The translations under genes and the position numbers were made by a program. The notes beneath the pieces are model-generated. The model made no database searches, had not been told where the DNA came from, and saw only the letters and a program-made list of their open reading frames with translations. Shown here piece after piece: positions 28,255-40,200 of a stretch of 64,000 bases of DNA; position 1 is the stretch's first letter; every line of letters begins with the position of its first letter. This DNA is from Lingula anatina (lineage: Eukaryota; Animalia; Brachiopoda): contig CM120643.1 of assembly GCA_051362555.1 (NCBI GenBank), forward strand, positions 9,982,001-10,046,000. Direction: 5' to 3'.

Positions 28255-31200
28255 ATGAGAGGAAATTGCCTGATCTTATAATTAGCAATTTTGAAAGGAA
28301 TTTGTAATGCTGTAAGTCTTTGAAGTTTTGATGGTGGATAAATGGCCATGTGGGGAGGGGGGATGTTGCAGAATTACCCTGTTTTAAGAATTTAATGTTG
28401 CTAGTTATTGAGAGATCACTTTTTTGAGACATTCAATCAGTTATTGGTTCTAATGGCATCTTCATGAATTTTGGACACATTCTTTAATTTACTAAAAAAT
28501 ATGTTTTCTTGTCTTCTGTATAAAAAGAACAACCAGTGACTATATCATTTAATTGCCTTTTTTGTCATAAGTCACAGCGTATGTCTCATACCTGAATTTT
28601 TTTTCCCCTTTTCAGCCTCCAAAATGGCTGCTGATTTAATCAATAACGACACGTCATTGCTAAAGAACTACAAATTAGAGGTGGTTAAAATCGACACAAA
28701 GTGTGGACTGAAGGAAGGGCAGAAAGCCTTCATAGAGATGCACTACAACTCCACCTATAAGTTAGCAGGAATTCTTGGTGAGTTGGCTACATCTATTTCA
28801 AGCCCCAGTTTCACAAAAACACTGAAGTCAGTTCGCTGGCTTAGTTGACAAGGATTTTTATGAGAATGCTGTTACACTGCTCCTGATAGGGTAAGATGTG
28901 CCCATGTAACCTTAAAAATTCAGCTCTTAGCCAGGGTACCTGACCTAAGTTTTTTTGTGAAGCCAGGGCCAGCACAGAAACCTTATGAAAGTAACCACCA
29001 TGCTTGAAGTGGAAAACCTTTTTGTAACACATGATGTGAAGCCTTTTTTTGTTTTCCTGCAATGACATTTTAAATAAAAACGCAGGTACATCTGCTCTTA
29101 ACTCCACATGTCACATTAGTACACTCGTACTCATACATACTTGCTCATATACATACATATGCACATACCTGTTTAGCAGCCATTTAAGTACCATATCACA
29201 ATACGTACAGATCCTTCCATGTAGACTCATATACATAAACATTCATTCTTACGCTCATACGCACACAGGTGCGCATGCATGCAGACGTAGCAGGAAAGAG
29301 TTTGATGTAAGCTGTAACACCATTGTCTCTCATAAAACTACAGTAAGTACTATTTAAAGGCCCATGCAATCACATTAATTTATATACCCGTATGCACTCA
29401 TACACACAGAAATGCACTGGTGCATGCACATGCACGCACCCACATGTGCACACACACACATTAATAACCTGTCTGATTTCAGGCCCAGACTGTGCAGATA
29501 TTGTGCGTCCCATAGCGCGCCTTACCACCACCTATGACACTGTGATGATTAGCTTCAGTGCAGGCAGCATCCATCTTGGAAACCGACTCCATTATCCATA
29601 CTTCTTTAGAACCATACCACCAGTCAGCGAGTACAGGTAGGGGCTCGAGTTATCTTAGACCCCATTCCCACAGGGATACATTGATCTATCCCTGTGGGGA
29701 GTCTCACTAGATTACTGTCAGCTTAGCCGGCTTAAGGGTCTGTCCCGCCTACTAAAAGCTGTAAGGGGGTAATTAACTACCGTGCACACTCGGCTAACAT
29801 CAATTTAGCGTGAACCCCCAGGGAGTTAGGTCGATCTAGATGTATCAATCTAAATCTATGGGAATGCACTCTTAGGTCCCATTCAGAATAGGGGGCTAGC
29901 TAGTCCGAGGGTCAAATATGGTCTTATAAACTTGAATACTTCTCCACAGGATATCTGTTCAGTGTCTATAAGGGGATTAGATGGCAAGCTTTGTAGTGGG
30001 TTGCCATATTTGACCCTCGGACTAGTTAGTCCCCTATTCTGAATGGGGCCTTAGAGTGCAGTCAGAACAGCAGACTGACTTATCCTTGGATCAAATATGG
30101 CTACTAAAAAGCTTGCCACTTATGTCCTGATTCGACACTGAATAGATTCTCAGCAGGGATTATGCAGCAAACATTGAAGTGGGCGGGCCATATTTGATCT
30201 GCGGATCTGTTAGTCTACTGTTCTGAATCCCTTCTTAATGGGGTAATAAGGGCGGTGACCATTAGATTTCAAAAGAAAAATGTACAAATAGATATTTTAA
30301 AGAATACAAGAAAATTGATATAGGATTTATTATTGGTAAGCAAATAAATGCAGAAAATCACTTTTGTGAAATTCCGAACATTGTTATTTGAGACTGGCTT
30401 CAAGCTTCCAAGAATGAGCTACTTTCATGGCTTTCTTATCATGGAAAATAGATAACGCTTTTGATAAATGTCTAAGACTTTTGGCTTTGGCTGAAAGCTC
30501 TACTTGAAAAAAGCTTACGCAATCTTTTTTTTTTTTTAACTTGGAAATATGGAAATCTTTTTTTTGTACAGGCATTGTATCAGAATTAACAAAGTATCAG
30601 TTTTGTGCATCATTATTTGCTCTTAATGCTGTACATTTTACAGCTTTGCTGCTTGTTTTGTTTCAGCAATGTATATGCAGAGTTATTTAAGCTGTTGGAC
30701 TGGCAACAGGTGGCTGTGCTGACTTATGAAAAGGCAGAGGAATATCTGAGTCTTGACAACCCCATCAAGATAGTGTATGAAAAGAAAATCCCGGCAGACC
30801 GTAGCAAGAGAAATATCCCAATGGTAAGTGTCATCAGAATCTGGGGTAGCGCTAACACTCGCCAATTTAGCCAAATGCTAAAACTGACTTAAATTGGCTA
30901 AAGAAAAAGGGCCTGATTTGACTTGTTTTAGTCAAATTATAACAATTTTGATAACAAATTGACAAAAAAAGTGGTGATTTGGCTAAGCCAAAAAAATTGC
31001 TAGCGCTACACCAGAGAATGTGTATATGACAAGAAAATCTTGACAAAGCACAGTGAGATCAGAAATAATTTGAGGAAGTTTAAGAGAAAGAATAAGGTGG
31101 GAGTTTTAAAACTTGTGTCACTCTGGGTCTATTACTCGAAAGTATTCAAATAATTAAATATAAGGCAATCACACCAGATGCAATTACTGTGTAGTTATCA

Positions 31201-34200
31201 AGCTCTGGTTTATGCACTGAAAAATGGAAAATGAAAAAAGGGATAATTCACTACCTAGTCTGGATTAATCACTAAATCACTTAAAGATGTCAGTAATTTG
31301 ATTTTAAAAAAAATCCATGTTTTCATAGTTAAGAACTTGAATGTGCATTCATATATTTTGCTCAAATTTTTCAGATGCTGGAAGAGATCAAATCCAAAAA
31401 TGGCAGAATTATAATTGGCACTTTCTACGAAATGACGATTGCTCAAGATGTCATGTGTGAGGCGTATAGAAAGGTAGGAGCGTACTTAATGTATAAGGTT
31501 AAACCTAAATCATGATGTGATGGCTGACTTGAGATATTGTTTTGATATTTTTTCTTCTCACTTTCCGTAATATGAGGTTAAATCTAGGTTGGGATTTAGA
31601 TTGGTTAATGTGGCTTTAAACTAAGGTCATGATTTAGATTTTTTTTCTCAGTTTTCGTATTATGTGATTAGATCTGAGGCCACACTCAAAACAGTGGACT
31701 AACTAGTCCGAGGGTCAAATATGGCAACCCACTACAAAGCTTACACTCTAATCTGCTAATAGACACTGAATAGATACCCCTTGGGGAAGTATTCAAATGG
31801 GTCAACCATAGTCTAAGTTGGCTCTCAGCCTATTTAGTCCACTGTTCTGAATGAAGCCTTGGACATTATTTTGATTAGAGCTATTTCTGATAATTATCTC
31901 CAGTGACAAAACAAGTCACATCAGGATCACCTCCTCACCAGCAGCATCACTAACATTATAAACTTATATCAGAAATAAGATTTTTACAAAGTTATGTTCT
32001 TAGCATTACAATAGCATCTGAAAATCTTGAAAAATTTTCTAATCAAACCAAGCATTTTTTTCCTTTTTATGTACAGACACAGATGTGTCTGTACATATAG
32101 CCATCATCTGCGTCTGTCGTCGCCGTCGCCGTGCACTTTTACCGATAACACGATAAGTGGAAAACCATTTTACTTTTTGACTTGAAACTTGCAGAACTGA
32201 TGAATATTCATAATACGCAGGTCAAGTTCGAAAATCAGCATGATCGGGTCACTTTTAGGGAATTTATGCTGTTTTTTCACTTTTTTCAGCATATATGCAG
32301 CACCGATAACACGATAAGTGGAAAACCATTTTACCTTTTGACTTGAAACTTACAGAACTGATGAATATTCATAATATGCAGGTCAAGTTCGAAAATCAGC
32401 ATGATCGGGTCACTTTTAGGGAATTTATGCTGTTTTTTCACTTTTTTCAGCATGTATGCAGCACCGATAACACGATAAGTGAAACACAATTTTACCTTTT
32501 GACTTGAAACTTACAGAACTGATGAATATTCATAATACGCAGGTCAAGTTCGAAAATCAGCATGATCGGGTCACTTTTAGGTAATTTATGCTGTTTTTTC
32601 ACTATTTTCAATATAAATGCAACACTGATAACACAATATAAGAAAAACGGATTGTCCAATTGTAATTATACTCACAGCAGTGGTCAATCTTACTAAAACG
32701 CAGGTTGAGTTCGAAAATAAGCATAATCGGGCCATTACTTAAGAAGTTATACTGTTTTTTCACATTTCCTCAGATTCAATTATTAGGCATGTTAACAGTC
32801 TCATTATTTAACTAATAAGATGCCTAAAAGTGTTTGTTTGATATTTCCTGCATCATTACAACATTGTTAGTTGATTATGTAAAAAACATGGTATGTTATC
32901 ATGTATTGTGTAATAAAGTGTCAAAAATGGAAATAAACTCATATCATTGCAGTTTGTCATATTCAATCATCCACTATGTTTGTAACATAAACGTGCTAAC
33001 TCTGTAAGCCGCCATGCTGGAACACACGTGTATTATTCAAGTCGCTTACAACATTGTAAAATAAGAGATGGTCGCTTAAGACAAATAAAATGTTACATCT
33101 CCCTCTTTATAATCAACTAAGATTAATAAAGTAAGTAAAAGCATGTAAATTAAAATAAATTCAGTTTTTGGTGTTCACAGTTCTTTGTGAGTGTTCACTT
33201 TAACTTAAAGTCTTTCAATGTTCAATGTGAGAAGAGCATTCAGAGTCTCTGACCTTCTAGTCCTTTTGTAAATAATTTTTTTTTTTTTACTTAAAATTAT
33301 TTCATGCTCCACAGAGAATGTCTTTAACAGTCTATTTAAATGAAAGAAAAGAAAATTAAAGAAAAGTCTTTGGCTGAGTCTTTGCATTATAACTTAAAAC
33401 TGCTTTAAAGCAAGTTCACATGAAAATCCATATGTAGTATTAAATTAATACTGAATCGTTCACAAAACACAAGTTATAAATTTAATCTGTCTGGCGGTTT
33501 CACCACACGACCAGATCTTGTTACAATCCTTGGGGTATTAATTGCTGGTGTCACTGTTTTTGTTGGTGTTTTACACTGATCCTTGACAATATCTCGGGTT
33601 GGTGTTACTGTCTCCTCAGGTACTATATGCTGATCCTTGATGGGTGAATGTAATGGCTCATCACATGGCTCCAAGTCAACAAAATTAGGGTTATAGTGAT
33701 GTGCTTTTTCTGTTGATGATCTTAAGTGCTGACGATTACGTCTGTATACACGGTCATTTCCTTCCACTATGTATGATCTTGGATGCGTATGACGTTTAAC
33801 AACAATGGCTGGTGCCCATGTTTTTGAACCTGGATGAGGCTGCATTCTCACATGTTCTCCAGGGCTGAAAGCTTTCAGTTCTTTAGCACCTTTCCTTTGA
33901 TCATAATAATATTTCTGCTTTAGTTTCTCCTGGCTAAAATGACGTTTCACCTCTCGTTGGTTATATGCCTGTGGTTTTAACAGATTTCGAGCTGCAGGCA
34001 GTGTGTTTCTAGGTCTGCGTCCCATTAACAACTGGGAAGGGGACAAGTTTATGCCTTCCAAAGGTGTAGTTCTGTAGTTGAGTAGAGCAAGATACTTGTC
34101 ATCACATTTTTTCCACATTTTCTTCACAATTTGAATAGCTCTCTCAGCTTCCCCATTTGAACCTGGGTACTGAGGACTGGAGGTCATATGTTCAATATCA

Positions 34201-37200
34201 TACACTTTGCAAAATTGTTTGAATTCACATGAACTAAACTGTGGTCCATTGTCTGATCTGATTTTAAGAGGTATGCCATGACAACTAAACACATATTTCA
34301 TAGCATTGATTGTAGCAGTTGTAGTTGCGGCATTCAGTTCTACAACATCAATGTACTTTGAATAGTAATCAATGAGAAGTAGGTACTTCTTTGCTCCAAA
34401 GTCAAATATGTCACAACCAACTTCAGTATAGGGTAGATCTGGAGGGACGGTCGGTTTCAACGGTTCTGGGGGTAACCTGTTTTGATACTCAGAACATTTT
34501 GTGCAGTCTCTCACCATGTTTTCAATTTCCATATTCATTCCAGGCCAAAACATGACTTCCCTTGCACGCTGTTTGCATTTCACAACTCCAAGATGTGACT
34601 CGTGTATCAAGCTAAGCATGTACTTTTGTAATGACGGTGGAATAACTATTCTGAGGCCTTTGTAGATTACACCATCAAACACAGACAATTGGTCTCTGGA
34701 GTCCCAGAAATTTCTAATTTCATAAGGTGTCTCTCTACGCGTATCTGGCCATCCTTGAACAATTGTGTTGTATAGAGGCTGTAGCTCTCTTTGCGTTCTT
34801 GTTCTAATATCAGAGTATCTCTCGCTGCTCACAGAGATCATATCAATTAAACATAAATCATCTAGTCCTGTCACGTCAGAACTGGTGTCTGGTAAGTATG
34901 CTCTCGACAATGTATCTGCTACCACCATATCTTTGCCTTTCCTGTATACAACATTGAGATTGTACCACTGTAGACGTAGCAACATCTTCTGCAATCTCAT
35001 TGGAGCTGACAGTAATGGCTTCTTATAAATGCTCTCTAATGGCTTGTGGTCTGTGTACACTGTTGTTTCCTTACCGAAGATGTAGCAGTGGAATTTTATA
35101 GCTCCATGGACAATGGCGAGCATTTCCTTCTCTATTTGAGCATAACGCATTTCAACATCAGTAAGAGAACGTGACGTGTATGCTATAGGTCGGCCATCTT
35201 GTATTAGCACTGCCCCTAGTCCACTTCTTGATGCATCACACTGAATCTCTACGGGCTTGTTCACATCATAATAAGCTAATACAGGCGGTGTGCTACACAA
35301 GTGTTTGAGTTCCTCAAAACTTGCTTGTTGCTCATGTTCCCACTTGAATGACACATCATTCTTCAATAATGCTCTCAGTGGGGCATCCACCTGACTCAGG
35401 TTTGGTATGAACTTGGCTAGATACTGTACAAGACCAAGTATTCTTCGTATTCCATCCTTATCTGTGGGTGGTGTCATCTCAGTTATTGCGCGCACTTTTT
35501 CTGGATCTGGGCTCAGGCCCTCTGCTGTGAGGATATGTCCCACATACTGAACTTTGGGCTGACGCACCTGACACTTGTCAAAATTGAGCTTTAGGTTGTA
35601 TTCAGTAGCTCTCTGAATAACCTTCTTGAAAATCGAATCATGATGCTCACGATCTGTGCCTGCTATCAATATGTCATCCATTATAGCTGTGGCACCTTCT
35701 ATGCCTTCAAGCATTTCATCCATGATTCTCTGAAAGATTTCTGGCGCTGATTTAATACCAAAGGGTAGGCGAAGCCATCTGTACCTGCCAATTGGAGTGT
35801 TGAAAGTAGTCAAAAAGGATGACTGCTCATCAAGCTGTATCTGCAAAAATCCCTGTGGCGTCTAACACAGAAAACACTGTGGCTTTTGGAATACTAGCTA
35901 CAACTTCTTCAATAGTTTTCAGTGGATGATGCTCTCTTTTGATTGCATTGTTCAAATCACATGGGTCTATACAGATTCTCACTTTATCATTTCTTAATGA
36001 AACAACCATTGAACTGACCCATTCAGTTGGCTCATGGACTCGGGTAATGAAGCCATCTGATTCCATTTCCTGTAATTTCTCTACGATGCGTGGCCTCAGT
36101 GATGCTGGCTGTCGTCTGGCTGGATGTATAACTCCCTTTGCTGTTGGGTCTATCTTTATGGTATGCTTACCTGGTAGCGTACCTGTGTTCTTGGCAAGTT
36201 CAGTGAAATCATCTACACTGTTTACCTTGTTTACTCTGACTCTATGGAGGAGCCCAAGTTTCTCTGAAACTTCACCGTTAATGACATTTTCCTGGTCTAT
36301 GTCTACTACTTCAAAGTCAACTGGCAACTGAGTAGTATTGTATGCCACTGAAAGCTGTGCTTTTCCAATTGGGCGGATCTTGTGATTAGAGTAGGAGCGA
36401 AGAACTTTAGTTGTTTGGTTCAAGTTCTTGTGAAGACTAAGTTTTTCATAATCAGCTTTCACTAGAATGTTACATTTTGCTCCAGTATCTATACGAAATT
36501 TAAGTGGCTTGTCTTGGACATCTAGTGTCACTATCCATTTATCTTCAGCTGCACTGACAGAGTCAACATTTTCATCATCAACTTCAGTTGTATGAATGTA
36601 CAGTGGATCATTGTTGCTATCTTCACTCACTGAATCATCATAGTAAACATCATTATCACTTTCCTGTAAAGTGTGTACTGCCTTGGCTTTTCGTTTTCTG
36701 CATACTGAATACCAATGGTCTAGTCTTTTACAATATCTGCATTTGGTTCCTTTTGCTGGGCAAGTATTGTTTCTATGGGCTGTTGCAATATCTAAACCAC
36801 ACTGACCACATTTCTTGTTCTTTTGCTTCCAAGGTACGTGTTCCTGTCTCTTAGAGGCTTGTGAGGGATTTCTACTAGCATGGCTTTCCTTACTCTTATG
36901 TGACTTGTGATTAATGGCGGAAACTTCAACTTCTGGTCTTAGAATCTTCATTTGTTGCTGGGATGACTCATACTGTCTGCCTATTTCTAATGCTTGAGCT
37001 AGAGTAAGTCTTTCCCCTTTTTCTAACAGTTTCTCTTGAACTCGAGGATAATACACCCCACGTATTATACAGTCAATTAAAATGTCTTCAGCGTCTTGGT
37101 ACTCACAATCCATAAGAATCAATCTGATGTCTTTTACAAAATTGTCAAATGTCTCACCTTCCTCCTGCTTCCTTTTCTGGAGGTTAAATCTTTGTGCACG

Positions 37201-40200
37201 TTTGTTTTTTCTGGGTCTTACATAATTTTCAAGCTTGCCGAATATTGCTTCTGGTTTATCCTCTTCATCTTCTTCCCAAGTGAATGTTTTATAAATTTCT
37301 CTCCCTTGTTTTCCAATCCACATGCCCAACCATCCTGCCCTTATCTTATCATCTGTTTGTGATAGTGGACCCTTGAAAACGAGCTCAGCATGCTGTCGGA
37401 ATCGAGTAAATTCCAAGTACAAATTTTTAGACTCCCAATCGAAACTGGGTTGCTCGAATGCATACGCCATTTTAATTAGTGTCTCGCACAATTAAAAATG
37501 TTATGTGGCATGTGTAAGGACTCACTAATAGCTTGAAAAGTTTAACTTCTGACACCATGTAACATAAACGTGCTAACTCTGTAAGCCGCCATGCTGGAAC
37601 ACACGTGTATTATTCAAGTCGCTTACAACATTGTAAAATAAGAGATGGTCGCTTAAGACAAATAAAATGTTACAATGTTCAGAATTTCAGAATGGAGGAA
37701 ATTGGACATTTAACACTGTTCTATTGATACTTTTCCCATCTCATCAATTTTCTTAGTTGGTCATATAAAAATGACAGTAAAATGTTTATTTTGTTTTATG
37801 TTAAAAAAGTGTTAAAAATGGAAATAAACCCATTTCAGAACAGTGCTGTCTTGTTTACATTTTGGCATTATCAAGGCGTGACTTTGAAGTTCCATGGGCC
37901 TGAAGACCTTTGCTAGTCACATTTTCTGAATATCTGTGATACAAATATTTTATAATTAAAAATTGATGGTCATTAAGCTGTTAAACATTATGTAATATTG
38001 CATCAAAATTTGAAGAAACCATCATTTTGGGCACTGCTTCCATGATGACCATTTAAGGAAAATCATGTCACTTACTGGTCTCAAACTTACAGGATAGAAA
38101 CATGGGACTAAAATACAGCTTCAGTAGGCAATGCAGTCTGTTTGGTTTTTTTTTTTTTTTTTTTTTTTTTTTTGGCAGTTAAACAGTTTTTTGTGAAAAT
38201 TTAATTTTTCACATATTGGCATTTTCAAGGTGTGACTTTAAAGTTCCATGATCTTGAAGACTTTTGCTTGTCACATTTTCTGAATGTCCATGTTACTAAT
38301 ATTTTATAAATAACATTTGATTGTCATTATGCTGTTAAACATTATGTAATGTTGCATCAAAATTTGAAGAAACCCCTATTTTGGGCACTGCTCCTATGAT
38401 GACCATTTAAGGGAAATCATGTCACTTACTGTTCTCAAACTTACAGGAAAGAAACATGGGTCTAACATACAGCTTCAATAGGCAACGCAGTCTGTTTGGT
38501 AAATTTTTCTGGCAATTTAACAGTTTTTTGTGAAAATTTAATTTTCACTTATTTGCATCTTTATTTTCTGTTCTTTGTCTGTACATTTGTCAGCTTTGCT
38601 GCCTTGTTTCTCTTTGAATTTGCCCAAAATGTTTAAAACAGATTGGACAAGACCTATAGTACATGTTATTTCACTATTTTTCATTCATTTTTCTCTCCCT
38701 CGTTTCAAGGACATGACTGCTTTCAAGGGGTTCCAGTGGTTCCTGACGGGATATTTGGGGGAGGAATGGTGGGACACTGACTACTACAGAGACAGGGACA
38801 AAACTGTGTGTAGTACCAAGGAGATGTTGGAGGCCGTCAATGGTTCCATCTCCATCAACCATGCCATGTATGACCGCGACGATGTGAAGGTGGTGGGCAA
38901 CATGACCGTCGCCAAGTGGAAGAAAGAACTGGAGAGACACCTGGGACAAGTTAGTAGATTTTTTTTTACCTTACTAAGATTCCACTGTCTTGACAATATG
39001 ACAGTATGGCTAGCTACATGTAAAATTCAGCATTAGGCAGTGATATATATATATATATACATTTATTTATTTGAAGTGGAAGAAATGGACCTCATTTTCA
39101 ATACAATCTTTTTCTCATTATATATACCCTGTGCATTATTTGACTTTTCGACCAGACTACAGAGAATAGGAGTGGATTGAAAATTAAATGTTTAAATTTT
39201 AGAAAGTCATGAAAGCCAAATTGATGATGTAGATCTGTGTTAAATAGATAATTTGTCTGTATTTTTGTTTTGCTTGAAATTTTATGGAGTGATTTTGATG
39301 AAGCAATTAAAAATGGTTCTCCCACCCTAGCTGACTGCAAACACTGATTCTGTTGTTATAATTTTCATCCAGCATAAAAGATACAAAGATAACCCCCACG
39401 TGACGTACGCCTATGATGCTGTCTGGGTGTACGGCAAGGCTCTGGACAGTTTACTGAGTAAATCTCCCGCTGTGCTAGGAGACTTGACTAATAAGGAAAA
39501 TGCTAAGTAAGTAACACAAAAAAAAAAAAAGAAAAAAAAAGCCAATGGTATAAAAGTTTTTTTTTGGCTTGTGTTTGATAATTTTTGTTTATGATACAAC
39601 TACCAAGCTAATGAACATTTTTGCCAAAAAGAAAAGAAATTGACACTGCGTCTGGACAGATTTTATGTGTTTTGGTGCAGGTATGTTTAGATGTTTTTTT
39701 TTAAACCAGAATTGTTTGAGGTACAAGTCACTAGTAAAACAATCTGTAGCGAAATTGCAGTAAAAGTTACTGTTATGTTGGAAATGTTAGGCCTGAATGC
39801 TTTTATTATCACTTGGCATAAGATTCTAGAAACTTGAATTTTGAACTGTGTTCAGTAATCATATCTGATATATTGTTTGTAATGTCTCTTTCACAGTCCT
39901 GTTTCTAAAATATGTTGAACACTTTTCTTTTTAAGAAAATTAGTCGATGAGATCAGCAAGGTCCACTTCCAAGGTGTGTCAGGGCAGATATTTTTTAAGG
40001 AAGCTGATAGGTCAGGAATTGTGCTCATAAAACAGTTGATTCATAACAAGTCTCGTGTGATTGGGCGATATTTACCCAAACAACTGGATCTTGAGGAGAA
40101 AGATATCACGTGGCTGTGGCCTGGTGGGAAAATTCCTGACGGTCGCCAAGGTAGAAAGATTTATTACTGTAGACAACTTTATGCATAAATTTATGATTTT

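Larger units (their letters stand above)
32981..37674 (-). mobile_element. Full-length Ty3/Gypsy (Mag-clade-like) LTR retrotransposon, 4694 bp, antisense in VKR intron 9
   Basis: Identical 117-bp LTRs (32981-33097, 37558-37674) with TGTAACAT...ATGTTACA ends; ATGTT TSD at 32976-80 and 37675-79; PBS and PPT present; gag-PR-RT-RH-IN order. Confidence 0.97.
32064..38608 (+). mobile_element. Helentron-associated non-autonomous element (HINE/DINE-like), interrupted by the LTR element
   Basis: 5' T-run, subTIR ATGTACAGACA (32069-79) with a nearby inverted copy (32086-96), GTC/GCC microsatellite, four 161-bp tandem units (32141-~32770), a ~353-bp duplication (37864-38550), 3' subTIR TGTCTGTACAT (38576-86), CAGC-TTT-GCTG hairpin, TTGTTT end. 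Confidence 0.8.

Noticed and set aside
35830-35870. Programmed gag-pol frameshift
   Set aside because: The break lies inside RT motif A and removes about 2 nt of a conserved motif, so a lesion or error is more likely
34765-37362. Plus-strand ORFs overlapping the retrotransposon
   Set aside because: Antisense shadows of gag-pol without independent motifs
27829-40150. Separate GABA-B receptor or guanylyl cyclase gene
   Set aside because: Only one TM follows, and it splices in frame to a tyrosine kinase; there are no 7TM or cyclase exons
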